From NCBI RefSeq assembly GCF_963921235.1, contig NC_086101.1, forward strand, positions 109,802,001 to 109,866,000: DNA of 64,000 nucleotides, given 5' to 3'. The notes beneath the pieces are model-generated. The model searched no databases, was not told where the DNA came from, and was given only the letters and a program-made list of their open reading frames with translations. Every line of letters begins with the position of its first letter. The first letter of the stretch is position 1. The translations under genes were made by a program, and so were the position numbers. This stretch comes from Mobula hypostoma (taxonomy: Eukaryota). Of this stretch, positions 50,283 through 62,734 are shown one piece after another.

Positions 50283-50478
50283 CAACACACATCAAAGTTG
50301 CTGGTGAACGCAGCAGGCCAGGCAGCATCTCTAGGAAGAGGTACAGTCGACGTTTCAGGCCGAGACCCTTCATCAGGACCCACACTGACAAAGGGTCTCG
50401 GCCTGAAACGTCGACTGTTCCTCTTCCCAGAGATGCTGCCTGGCCTGCTGCGTTCACCAGCAACTTTGGTGTGTGTTG
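50283..50478. repeat. Near-perfect palindrome (about 93-bp arms) of Penelope-type terminal sequence, containing two hammerhead motifs
   Basis: CAACACACATCAAAGTTGCTGG...CCCTTCATCAG / CTGACAAAGGG...CCAGCAACTTTGGTGTGTGTTG. Confidence 0.9.
50346..50379 (-). ncRNA. Minimal type I hammerhead ribozyme motif
   Basis: GTC-CTGATGA-A-GGGTCTCGGCCT-GAAA-CGTC/GAC. Confidence 0.65.
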
Positions 50479-50965
50479 ATTAACCCTAACCATATGTCTT
50501 TGGAGTGTGGGAGGAAACTAGGGCACCCAGAGGTAACACACAGGGTCACGGGGAGAACGGACAAACACCTCACAGACGGTGACAGGAACTGAACTCCGAT
50601 CTTACAGCTGGCACTGTAGAAGCATTATGCCAACTGCTGTGCCACAAGCGGAAACTTTGACAATTCATCCACTTGGTACTTCAAGTAAAACTTCTGCCTC
50701 AGGAGTAAGGAAAAGAAAGAATGTGCTGACTTTAGTGAGGGCCCAGAGGAGGCTCATGAGAAAATTCCAGGGAATGAAAGGGTTAAGATATGAGGAGGGT
50801 TTGACGGCTCTCAGCATATACATACTGGAGTTTAAAAGAATGAGAAGGATCTCTTAGAAACCTATTGCATACTGAAAGGCCTAGATAGAGTGGATGCGAA
50901 GAGGATGTTTCCTATTGTGGGGGAGTCTAGATCCAGAGGGCACAGCCTCGGGATACAAAGACATC

Positions 50966-53900
50966 TGTAATGGCTTCTCTGTAATGTTAACTGCTGAGGT
51001 AATGGTTTCTCCGTAGCAGCAATGTTTGGGTTATAACTAAAGATAATGGGTCGCTATCCAATGGGAGAAATGTTATTCTTTCTTGTGTGTCTGTTGGTTT
51101 CGCGGGCTTTTGCCAGAAGACACGAGGGGAATGAAGAGAGGAGACACGACTTGAGAGAGTCGGCCGCCCGACCGGGTGGACTCTGTGTGGGAGTCCAGGG
51201 GTTGGTGACGCCCGGAGATCGAATGGTGGATAGAAGATCTTGCTGAGTGAGCTCCAACGATTTGTGCACGGACTGTTTAATAAGATTGGCGCCATTTTCT
51301 TTTATATTTTGTTTCTCTATTAACCACATAGTCAAAGTAAGAGTTATAAATCTTAGTTGTTTAACCGCATATTGTGTATTGTTCCTTATTTCTGGGTACC
51401 GATTTGAAACAGGGGACACAACGCGCAGCATCCACCCAAACGAGATTTATTAAGTTTGGCCGGGGCTGGGGGGGGGGGGGGCGGGTTATCACCCCCCCCC
51501 CGAGATCAAGCCGCTAGGCGAAGCGAGTGTTACAATGCGGGGGCTACGTCCTGGGATTGATTCTGTTGGATGCTGTGTGATTGCCCTGTTTAAATCAGCG
51601 CTGGTGTGCCTCTGTGGGATTGCGGTTAGTAATGCCTGCATGTTGAGTGGGGTGGACATTCGTACCCCGGATGAAGTGTTAATTTGATTTTTGAGTATGG
51701 TTAAAGCGGGTGGAAAAGTTGAAATCATAGCACGAATGTTTGATAAAATGGCGGGCTCAGACCTTGTTCTAGTTCAGACTAGCGCTGATGTAACGGCGGT
51801 GGGACTGCCAGCGTCTTTCGGGGCCCCAGGGGAGGCAGGGCCATGGCCTGACAGGCAGCTGCCGGAATTGAGTTCTGTGGAAGTTGTAGAGCTGAGAACT
51901 GAGATGTCCCGGGTGTTAACAGCAGGTGTGGACCCTCTGTACGATAGGATTGGTAGAGAGGGTCCCCCTCCCAAGGGGACGGAGTACGCAGAGGGCTGCG
52001 GGTGGCCAGGATTCAGCGAGAAAAGGGGCCGGTAGCGTGTGCTATAACTGTGGGGAAGAGGGACACTTCCGGCAGGGATGTGAGTGGCAGGAAGCCCCTT
52101 GGAGAGCGAGCCCATGGGTATCAAAGCAGGGAGAGTCGTTGGGAAAACTTAGAGGAGACCCAGTGGGTGAACGGCCTGGTGTCTCTGGGGGAACACGTTC
52201 CCAGCAATGTACCAAGGAACTCCTGAAAGCAAGAGACCCTATTCCTGAGGGCTTAGTGGGACCACACTCCAGGGTGTCACTACGGATAGAGGGAATCTAT
52301 GCTAAAGCCATACACGACACCAGGTCGCAGGTCAAGTTACTGCACAGTTCGCTTTACAACAGGTATCTGAAGCATTCACCCTTGTTCAGTGCACTGGAGA
52401 TTTGGGGTATCAGTGCTGGTGATTATCCAGACGACGGTTATTGGTCAGTGAAATTGGAGTTCTCGGAGGCCAATGTGTGAGTGTCTGAGGTTCGGGAATT
52501 GTTAGTGCTGGTTGGTCCGGACCTTGTTAAGACGGACGGCATTTCAATTCTGGAGGGGACCAAATCTCGCTTGTGAGGAGGCTCATGGGGGCCTGCAAGG
52601 AGAAGGTGGGTGAGAGCTTTTTGGGGACATTGTCTGTGCACCCAGTGTTTCGAGCTGCTTTTGAGGACGTGTGTGGCAGCATTGGGCCGTGTACCGAATT
52701 TAAACGAGGGACTGGGTGGTTCACCCAATCGAAGCCAATGGTGATAAGGCCGGGGGAAATAGCGCGAGTGATGGGGACCCCCAAATTTCCCGGAGTGCCT
52801 GAGGGTGAAGCCCTCCTAGTGGACACTCCGGGAGACCACGAGGGGAAGTCGAGATTTCCTGCAGGGGTACTGGTGAGGCTTGAATTGCAGAAGCCCTCGG
52901 TTGTACAGGCCAGCAGAGTGGCAGTGATCGTCAGGAACACTACGAAGAGGGAGGCCACTTCCAAGCGAGGGATGCCCCTGGCGCATTTGCTCCCAGTGGC
53001 GGTAATGGCTAATTCACCCGTGAGGCACGCCGGGGAGAAACTATTGGAAAAGGGGGAGAAGTTGACCACTGAGGACACTCCGTTTAGAGAGAGGTTGCGG
53101 CGACTGGCCCCTGCAGACGTGGAAGACATGTGGCAGCATTTGTGCAAGTTGAAGGAAACTGGGATCATCACTGAGTCCCAAGCCCCTGTGCGTCCCCAAT
53201 AGTAGTGGCCTGGAAGAAAAACAGGAAGGTATGCATGTGTGTGGAATATAGGACTCTGAATAGGCGCACCGTCCCTGACCGGTATGTGGTCCCGAGGGTC
53301 GAATTTGGACTTCCGATTGCCGTGTGTACTGCACACAGATGACAGCCGAAAGGATACCCCAGGGCATATTGGGAGCGCCTGCAACCTTCCAGCAAGTCAT
53401 GGAGAAGACGGTGGGGGATATGAACTTGCTTGAGGTGTTGGTGCATTTGGATGATCTCCTAGTATTTGGATCTACCTTGGAAGAACATGAAGCGAGGCTA
53501 CTGCAGGTACTCGCCAGCTCGGAAGCTGAAGGGTTAAGACTTTCCCTGGACAAGTGCCAGGTCTGCCAAAGGCCCCAGACTGTGAGCGTTCTGCACTCAT
53601 TCCTGGGGTTCTGTGGTTATTATCGGAGATTCGTGAAGGACTATGCCAAAGTGAGACACTCCTTGAATCAACTTCAGTGTGGTTACCCTCCCTTGGGGAA
53701 GGGAGGGGGAAAAGGACTGGAGGGTGGAGAATACTTAATCCCATCAGAGCCCTTTGGACAGAGGTGGGATGTAAAAGGTGAGGAGGCTTTTCAGTCACTG
53801 AAGGAGTTGCTGACCCAGGCACCGGTGCTGGCTTTTGTGGACTTCCGATTGCCGTGTGTACTGCACACAGATGATAGCCGAGAAGGTTTAAGGGGCCTCC

Positions 53901-56900
53901 TGTATCAGGATCAGGGCACCAGGTGGAGACCTGTGACGTTTGTCACTCCGAGAGAAATTATTCCATGCACAAGTTGGTATTCCTGGTGTTGAAATGGGCA
54001 GTTGCGGATGAGCTGAGTGACTATCTCTACGGGGCCAAGTTTGGGGTGAGGACGGACAACAACCCCCTAACTCATATCCTGACCTCGGCGAAAATGGATG
54101 CTACAGGCCATTGGTGGTTGGCAGCAGTGTCCGCTGATGATTTCAGCCTGAAGTACCGGCCGGGGAGCCGGAACAGTGATGCAGATGTTTTGTCAGGACG
54201 GGTGCGTGAGGGGCTGGACATAGACGTGGAGTGGAAGAGCGTTTTTGCCCCGGGGTGAAGGTCTTGTGTCAGTTTGCCATCACCAGGAAGGAAGAGGAAG
54301 AGGAGAGGACTGCTGATCCAGAGGATGATGAGCTGGATGTGTGGTACCTGCTGCTCTTCGCAAACTTCCCCTTGATTGAGGAAGAGACTCCTGGCCCTTT
54401 TTCCACTGAGTCAGGTGAGGTGGGAGGGGACTATCTGGGGGCAGCCTGGGTTACCGCAGGACCTTGAAGCAGGACTTGGACACGGGACAGGGGCTCCGAG
54501 TTGCAGGGGAGAATGAGTGATAGTTCGAAAGAGGATTCGGCAAGCAGACCCAAAGTATCCCCAGTAGCATCCGAGCCTGAAGAGTTAGGTGAGGGGGTAT
54601 AGAGGTCTCAGAGAATTCAGAAACCACTGGATAGGGTGGCCTACGTAGCGCCTGGGGAACAGGGCATGATATCTACTGTTTGGGGAGTTATGTCCCTGCT
54701 TTTGCACCTGGATTGGGTTTTGTGTTTGCAGGAAGGGTTGGCGAATTATCTCAACGTCATGAGGACATGACTAAATTTGGTAGGGGGAGAATGTAAGGGC
54801 TTCTCTGTAATGTTAACTGCTGAGATAATGGTTTCTCTGTAGCAGCAATGTTTGGGTTATAACTAGAGATAACAGGTGGATATCCAATGGGAGGAAAGTT
54901 ACTCTTTCTTGTGTGTCTGGAAGCTGTTGGTTTTGTGGACTTTTGCCAGAAGGCGCGAGGGGAATGAAGAGAGGAGATGCAACTTGAGAGTCAGCCGCCC
55001 AACTGGGTGGACTCTGGGGGGTCAGCGATGCCCGGAGGAGATTGAATGGTGGATAGAAGATCTTGCTGAGTGAGCTCCAACGATTTGTGCATGGACTGTT
55101 TAATAAGATTGGCACTTTTTTCTTTTATATCTTGCTTCTTAGGGCTTAATTAGGAAAGGGAAAAAGGATTATGAGAGAAAGCTGGCAGGGAACATAAAAA
55201 CTGACTGTAAAAGCTTTTATAGATAAGTGAAAAGAAAAAGATTGGTTAAGACAAATGTAGGTCTCTTACAGTCAGAAACAGGTGAATTGATCATGGGGAA
55301 TAAGGACATGGCAGACTAATTGAATAACTACTTTGGTTCTGTCTTCACCAAGGAGGACATAAGTAATCTTCCGGAAATAGTAGGGGACCGAGGGTCTAGT
55401 GAGATGGAGGAACTGAGGGAAATACATGTTAGTAGGGAAGTGGTGTTAGGTAAATTGAAGGGATTAAAGGCAGATAAATCCCCAGGGCTAGATGGTCTGC
55501 ATCCCAGAGTGCTTAAGGAAGTAGCCCAAGAAATAGTGGATGTATTAGTGATAATTTTTCAAAACTCTTTAGATTCTGGATTAGTTCCTGAGGATTGGAG
55601 GGTGGCTAATGTAACCCCGCTTTTTAAAAAAGGTGGGAGAGAGAAACTGGGGAATTATAGACTGGTTAGCCTAACATTGATGGTGGAGAAACTGCTAGAG
55701 TCAGTTCTCAAAGATGTGATAACAGCACATTTGGAAAGCGGTGAAATCATCGGACAAAGTCAGCATGGATTTGTGAAAGGAAAATCATGTCTGACGAATC
55801 TCACAGTATTTTTTGAGGATGTAACTAGTAGAGTGGATAGGGGAGAACCAGTGGATGTGGTATATTTGGATTTTCAAAAGGCTTTTGACAAGGTCCCACA
55901 CAGGAGATTAGTGTGCAAACTTAAAGCACACGGTATTGGGGGTATGGTATTGATGTGGATAGGGAATTGGTTGGCAGACAGGAAGCAAAGAGTGGGAATA
56001 AATGGGACCTTTTCAGAATGGCAGGCAGTGACTAGTGGGGTACCGCAAGGCTCAGTGCTGGGACCCCAGTTGTTTACAATATATATTAACGACTTAGATG
56101 AGGGAATTAAATGCAACATCTCCAAGTTTGCGGATGACACAAAGCTGGGCGGCAGTGTTAGCTATGAAGGGGATGCTAAGAGGATGCAGGGTGACTTGGA
56201 TAGGTTAGGTGAGTGGGCAAATTCATGGCAGATGCAATTTAATGTGGATAAATGTGAGGTTATCCACTTTGGTGGCAAGAACAGGAAAACAGAATATTAT
56301 CTGAATGGTGGCCGATTAGGAAAAGGGGAGGTGCAACGAGACCTGGGTGTCATTGTACACCAGTCATTGAAAGTGGGCATGCAGGTACAGCAGGCGGTGA
56401 AAAAGGCGAATGGTATACTGGCATTCGTAGCAAGAGGATTCGAGTACAGGAGCAGTTGTACAAGGCCTTGGTGAGACCACACCTGGAGCACTGTGTGCAG
56501 TTTTAGTCCCCTAATCTGAGGAAAGACATTCTTGCCATAGATGAAGTACAAAGAAGGTTCACCAGATTGATTCCTGGGATGGCAGGACTTTCATATGATG
56601 AAAGACTGGATCGACTAGACTTATACTCGCTGGAATTTAGAAGATTGAGGGGGGATCTTATTGAAACATATAAAATTCTAAAGGGATTGGACAGGCTAGA
56701 TTGTTCCTGATGTTGGGGAAGTCCAGAACGAGGGGTCACAGTTTGAGGATAAAGGGGCAGCCTTTTAGGACCGAGATGAGGAAAAACTTCTTTACACAGA
56801 GAGTGGTGAACCTGTGGAATTCTCTGCCACAGGAAACAGTTGAGGCCAGTTCATTGCCTATATTTAAGAGGGAGTTAGATATGGCCCTTGTGGCTAAAGG

Positions 56901-57225
56901 GATCAGGGGTATGGAGAGAAGGCAGATACAGGGTTCTGAGTTGAATGATCAGCCATGTTCATACTGAATGGCGGTGCAGGCTCGAAAGGCCAAATGGCCT
57001 ACTCCTGCACCTATTTTCTATGTTTCTCTACTAACCACATAGTCAAAGTCTCAATCGTTTAACCGCATATTGTGTACTGTTCGTTATTTCTGGGTACTGA
57101 TTTGAAACAGGGGACACATCATGCAGCATTCACCCAAATGAGGTTTATTAAGTTTGGCCGGGCAGGGGGGTGGGGAGGCGGTTGCCACCCCCGAGATTAA
57201 GCCGCTAGGTGAAGCGAGTGTTATA
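50966..57225 (+). mobile_element. Gypsy LTR retrotransposon 1 (PNMA-like gag family), decayed, inserted in a CR1 3' fragment
   Basis: 5' LTR 50966-51534 (TGTAA..TTACA); degenerate tRNA-Pro PBS; zinc knuckle [14 protein letters not shown]; protease AIHDTRSQ; [13 protein letters not shown]; RNase H LHTDDS and DYLYGAKFGVRTDN; PPT GGTAGGGGGAGAA; 3' LTR 54792-57225 (split); 4-bp TSD CATC/CGTC. Confidence 0.9.
55140..57020 (+). mobile_element. CR1 RT-bearing 3' portion inserted in the 3' LTR of Gypsy 1
   Basis: 384-aa ORF 55320-56474 (DFQKAFDKV, GVPQGSVLGP, FADDTK); LTR sequence resumes at 57021. Confidence 0.9.
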
Positions 57226-57554
57226 CGTCCCTTTAGAACAGAGATGAGGAGGAACTTATTTAGCTAGGAATTGGTGAATCTGTGGAATTCATTGCTACAG
57301 ACAGCAGTGGAGGTCAAGTCACTGGATAAATTTAAAGTAGAGCTTGATAGGTTCCAGATTAGTAAGGGCGTCAATGGTTACAGGGAGAAGGCAGGAGAAT
57401 GGGGTGAGAGGGATAATATTTCAGCCAGGATCAAATGGCAGAGGAGACTCAATGAGTCAAAGGGGTTAATACTGTTCCTGTGTCTTATGAAGGCAAACAA
57501 TTATCTTGTCCTCAGGAATTTTATTTTCTGTTGGTATATTTTCACAGTACCTAG

Positions 57555-60500
57555 TGTAACGGGTTTCTTCTTTCATGTTACTTGCTAAGGCTAATAAAAT
57601 GGCTTCTCTGTAATGTTAACTGATGAGGTAATGTTCTCTGTAGCAGCAAGTTTGGGTTATAATTAGTGATAATGGGACATGTATTCATTTGCTAAAAAAA
57701 TTGGGATAGATGTTATTCTTTCTTGTGTATCTGAAATCTGTTGTTTGCGTGGAACTTGGCGGAGAAGGCGTGAGGAGGATGAAGAGAGAAGACGTGGCTT
57801 GAGGAGACGGTTGCCGGACCCGCTGGGCCTGGGCTCGGGGCGGGAACCCAGAGGCTGACAACAAGCGGAGGAGGATCAGCGAAAGGGAATCCGTGAGCTC
57901 CAACGTTTGTGCACTGGACATGTTTATGAGATTACAGCATTGGCGCCTTTTATTTGTTTTCCTTGTCTTTTGTTTCTCTACTAACCCCATACTTAAATAT
58001 AAAATCTTAATCGTGTAAACGCACATCGTGGACTGAATGTTATTTCGGGTACTGATGTTACACAGGGGACACAACACACAGTATCCACCCAAACAGGAGT
58101 GCTAAAGTTTGGCCGGGTAGAGGGTGCCACCCCCGAGATCATGCCACTAGGCAAAGCGAGTCTTACAATGTGGGGTTACTTGTCCGGGATACGGATTTTT
58201 GTGGGGTGCTGTGTGTTCACCCTGTTTAAATCAGTGCTGGTGTGTCTCTGTGGGATTGTGATTAGACACGTGTGCCCCTGTGGGATTGGGGTGAGTAACG
58301 GGCTGAGTGGGGTGGATATTCGTACCTTAGATGGATTGTTATTTCGATTTTTGAGTATGGTTAAAGCTGATGGTGAATGTGAAATTGTAGAGCAAAAAGT
58401 TGATAAAATGGTGGGCTCAGACCTTGCTTTAGTGCGGGCCAGCGCTGACGTCACAGAGGTGGGATTGCCAGTGTCTATTGGTGCCCTGGGTGAGGCGGGG
58501 CCAGGGGCTGTCCATACTGTCAGGAGGGAGGGGGCAGAGGCGTACGAGACGTGGGCGGAACGGATCCCTCAGTTGTTAGATGACTGGCAGTGCTCGGCTG
58601 AGGAAGAGCGGCAGGGATTGGTTGAAAGTTTGAGTAGGTGGGCTGGTGATGGTGTTCGAACAGTCAGGGCCAATTACCCCATAGTGACAGCGGCCAGTTA
58701 TCTGAAAGCGGGGGAAAATGCGTTTGGTTCCACTGGAAGTAAAATGCAGCACCAGGGGGCTTTCCATACCTGTGTCAGGAGATTGGGGGAAAGTTTTCAG
58801 GGTATCTTCTCTGGCTAGGGGGGGCAGATAAATTGCTTGTGGTGCCAGGGGGATTAGCCCCTCCCTTAGTTGTTCAGCTGATCAGAGAGGTGTCGGTAAA
58901 CTTAATGGAGGTCCAGTGGGGGAACGGCTTGGGGTCTCTGGGGGAACACATTCCCAGCAAAGTACCAAGGAACTCCAGGAAGAAAATGACCCTATTTCTG
59001 AGGGCTTAGTGGGACCACGCTTCAGTGTGTTACGGATGGAGGGAAGCTATGCTAAGGCCTCCTCAACACTGGGGCGCAGGTCAAGTTGCTGTACAGTTCG
59101 TTTTACAACCAGTATTTGAAGTATTTACCCTTGACACTATTCTGGGCACTGGAAATTCGGCATATCAGTGGTGGGGATTATCCAGAAGATGATTATTGGT
59201 CAGCGAAACTGGAGCTCTCGGAGGCCAAGGTGTAGGTGTCTGAGGTTCAGGGATCGTTAGTGCTGATGTGTCTTGACACTGTTGAGACGGGCAGCGTTTC
59301 AATTTTGCAGGGAACCCACACCCCGCTGGTGAGGAGGTGCATGGGGGCCTGCCAGGAGGAGGTGGGTGAGAGCTGTCTGGGGGCATTATCTGTGCACCCA
59401 GTGTTTCGAGCTGCTTGTGAGGATGTGCATAGCAGCAATTGGGCCAGGTACCGAACTTAAGTAAGATCCGATGGTGGTACGGCACGGGTGAAGTAGCTGA
59501 GGGTGAGACCCTCTTAGTGGATGCTCCGACATACCACGCGGGGGGGGGGGGGGGGAGTTGACCACTGAAGACACCTCGGTGAGAGAGAGGTTGCGGCGAC
59601 TGGCCCCTGCAGACATGGAGGATGCAGGCAGCATGTGTGTGGGTTATAGGACCCTGAACAGGGGCACCGTCCCTGACCAGTATGTGGTCCCGAGGGTGGA
59701 AGACGCGCTGGTCTGTCTGAGAGGTGTGAAGTGGTTTAATGTGCGGGATCTGAGGAGTGGATGTTGCCAGATCCTGAGGCTGACAAGGAAAAGACGGCCG
59801 TTATAAGTCCCCTGGGATTCCTCCAATCCGAAAAGATGTTCCAGGGCATATCCGGAGCCCTTGCAACTTTCCAGCGGGGCATGAAGAAGACGGTGGAGGA
59901 TGCGGAATCATTTGGAGTTTTGGTGTATTTGGATGATCTCCTAGTATTTGGATCTGCCTCGGAAGAATATGAAGCGAGGCTGTTGCACGAGCGGCTGAGA
60001 ACTAAAGAGTTAAAGCTTTCGCTGGACACATGCCAGGTCTGGCGAAGGTCACAGCTCGTGAGTGACTGGCTCTACGGGATCAAGTTTGAAGTGAAGACGG
60101 AGAGACAGAATTCCCAGCAGAGACTGGAGAAAGTGATCCAGAACAAGTTGGAAGACTTGCAAGTTGGGGAAGACAAAGAAAGCTGTCTGACTAAGGCCAA
60201 CAGAAAATCGAGAGCCCAGAGAGGGAGGTTTGACTACACTTCCGAGGAGGTGAAGCAATTGAGGACAGATCTCAAAAGAGGGAAGTGGAAGCTTGAAGGG
60301 AACGTGAAGATGACCACTGACAGTTTAAATGAAGTGGAAAACCTGAAAGTTGACCTGGAAGAAGTCATTAGTTAGAAAAAGCTGGGGATAAGTTCAGTGA
60401 ACACTAAACTGGAGGCTGTACCAATCTTAACTGCTGCTTTTCAGGTCGGGGTGGAAGAAGCCGATGGAGTAACTGTGTCCCAGATTGAGATGGCCAAGAA

Positions 60501-61274
60501 GCATTAGTCAGAACTGCTGAGACTGTGGCGAGAGTTGGAGGAGTCCAAGAAGAAGCTGTCGTCTGGATTACAGGAGGCTGAAGCAGTCCAGGCCAAGTGC
60601 TCCAGCGTGGAGAGAACAAACCAGCAGCTACCGATCGAGGAAAAGGGGAAGAATACAGATTCGACGGATGGTGAGATGGAGGTGTGGTACATGCTGCCTT
60701 TCGCAAACTTCCCCTTGTTGGATGAAGAGGCTCCTGGCTCTTCTCCCGCTGAGCCAGGTGAGGTGGGGGGGAATAGCTGTGGGCAGCCTGGGTTACTGCA
60801 GGACCCTGAAGGAGAAACAGGGTGCCTGGACACAGGACAGGAGGCTCCGGGTTGTAGTGGGGGCATGAGTGAGAGATTGAGAGAGGATTTGGCAAGGAGA
60901 CCCGAGGTATCCCCAGTAGAGTCCGAGCCTGAAGGGTTTAGGTGAGGGGGTACGGAGGTCTCGGAAGATTAGGAAACTCCCAGATAAGTTGGCCTATGTA
61001 GTGCCTGGGGAACAGGGCATGAGGTCTACTGTTTGGGGAGCAATGTCACTGTTTGTACCTGGATTGGGTTTTTGTGTCTGCAGGAAGGGTTGATGAGTTA
61101 TTTAAAAGTCATGAGGACATGACTAAATTTGGTAGGGGGAGAGTGTTATTTCGGGGTACTGATGTTACACAGGGGACACAACATGCAGCACCCACCCAAA
61201 CAAGAGTGCTAAAGTTTGGCTGGGTAGTGGGCACCACCTCCGAGATCATGCCACTAGATGCAATGAGTCTTACA
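57555..61274 (+). mobile_element. Gypsy LTR retrotransposon 2 (same family), internally deleted
   Basis: 5' LTR 57555-58167; PBS-like TGGGGTTACTTGTCCGGGAT; PNMA-like gag EAYETWAE..LLDDWQCS..LVESL; [12 protein letters not shown]; PPT 61131-61142; partial 3' LTR 61143-61274; TSD CTAG/CTTG. Confidence 0.85.
60100..60640 (+). pseudogene. Captured myosin heavy-chain rod fragments (MYH16-like) inside Gypsy 2
   Basis: [61 protein letters not shown]; EEADGVTVSQIEMAKKH*SELLRLWRELEE; KKKLSSGLQEAEAVQAKCSSVERT. These match recalled sarcomeric MYH S2/LMM motifs. Confidence 0.85.
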
Positions 61275-61390
61275 CTTGATATGCACTTAACACAATGATA
61301 TAATTCAGATGGCACAATATACCAAGTGTTGCAAGACTCCAACTTCACAGGCTGGAGAGAAACTACACAGACTTCCTCTAGATCTCCCGA

Positions 61391-61488
61391 TTATGACAGA
61401 GTCATCACACAGCCGAACAGAACCACCAGTAATAAGGTTAGTATGTAGTGACTGTGAATCAGAGTTGGTTCTGTGCCGCTCCAGGTCT
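61391..61488 (-). CDS. Gene B terminal exon, GPI-signal-like: (E)TWSGTEPTLIHSHYILTLLLVVLFGCVMTLS*
   Basis: Strong acceptor tttttcttctctccaacag|AG; phase 1 matches the V exon donor; small residues SGT, spacer, hydrophobic C-terminus, then TAA with no cytoplasmic tail. Confidence 0.8.
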
Positions 61489-62734
61489 CTGTTGGAGAGA
61501 AGAAAAACTGGATGAAAACTTGGGCACTTTGAATTCTGAGTTCCCCATTTCCACTCTACCCACTTACAGAGAAACGACGCAAAGCATGGCTTTATCTCCT
61601 GGAGAGCACCCCAGTGCCCCCCCCCCAATTAGTCACCACGAATCTTTTGACCCCTCCCACTCTGCTATCTATTCCCCCCCACTCCCCAAACATGTGCTGA
61701 TGTACCGGTCAAACCAGTCCCTGTAAGAACAGAAAAAAATAGGAGCAAGAGTTGGCCAGCTGGCCTACTATTCAATTAGATCATCGACTCCGCTCCACCT
61801 ACCTTCCTCTTCCACATAACTTAATTTAGGCAAAAATCTACCTAACTGTGGCTTAAATATATTTAATGGGGTAGCCTCTACTGATTCCTGCACAAAAGGG
61901 CACAGCCTCAGGATAGAGGGGCGCCCTTTCAAAACAAAGATGTGGAGAAATTTCTTTAGCCAAAGGGTGGCAAATCTGTGGAATTTGTTGCCACATGCAG
62001 CTGTGGTGGCCAGGTTGTTGGGTTTATTTAAGGTGGAGATTGATAGGTTCTTGATTGGACATAGCATCAAAGGTTATGGGGAGAAGGCTTGGAAATGGGG
62101 TTGAGGAGGAGGGGGAGAAAAAGGATCAGCCTTGACTGGAGGCCAGAGCAGACTCGATGGACAAGATGGCCTAATTCTGCTCCTATGTCTTATGGAGAAT
62201 GATCACTATTGCCAATACTACCATCGGGGTGGGGTGGGGGGGAAGAGGTATAACAGCTGGAAGACTCACACACAACATTTTAGAAACAGCTTCTTCTATT
62301 ACACGCGGAAACAGAATTAGGCCATTCAGCCCATTGGGTCTGCTCCAACATTCGATCATGGCTGATTTACTATCCCTCTAAACTTCTGCCTTCATCCCCC
62401 TAATCTTTGACACCCTAATTAATCAAGAAACTACCAACCTCCTCTTTAAATACACCCAATGACTTGATCTCCACTGCTGTCCATGGCAATGAATTCCAGA
62501 TTCACCAGCTTCCGGCTAAAGAAATTCCTCCTCATCTCTGTTGAGAAGAGACATCTTCCCTGTCATCAGATTTCTGAATGGTCGATGAACCCTTAACACC
62601 ACCTGACTATTCCTCTTTCTGCACTAGTTATTTATCTACTTATCTATTTATTTATAATTTTTTTTATTGGAACTCACAGTATTTTTTTGTCTTACACTAC
62701 ACTGCTGCTGCAAAACAACATACTTTCTGACATT

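Noticed and set aside
55320-56474. 384-aa ORF as a host gene
   Set aside because: CR1 reverse transcriptase fragment, 5'-truncated and frameshifted at its 3' end.
60410-60450. Apparent intron remnant (gtacc..ttttcag) in the myosin insert
   Set aside because: It translates colinearly with myosin (EAVPILTAAFQ versus EDEQSL...LQ), so it is decayed coding sequence rather than an intron.
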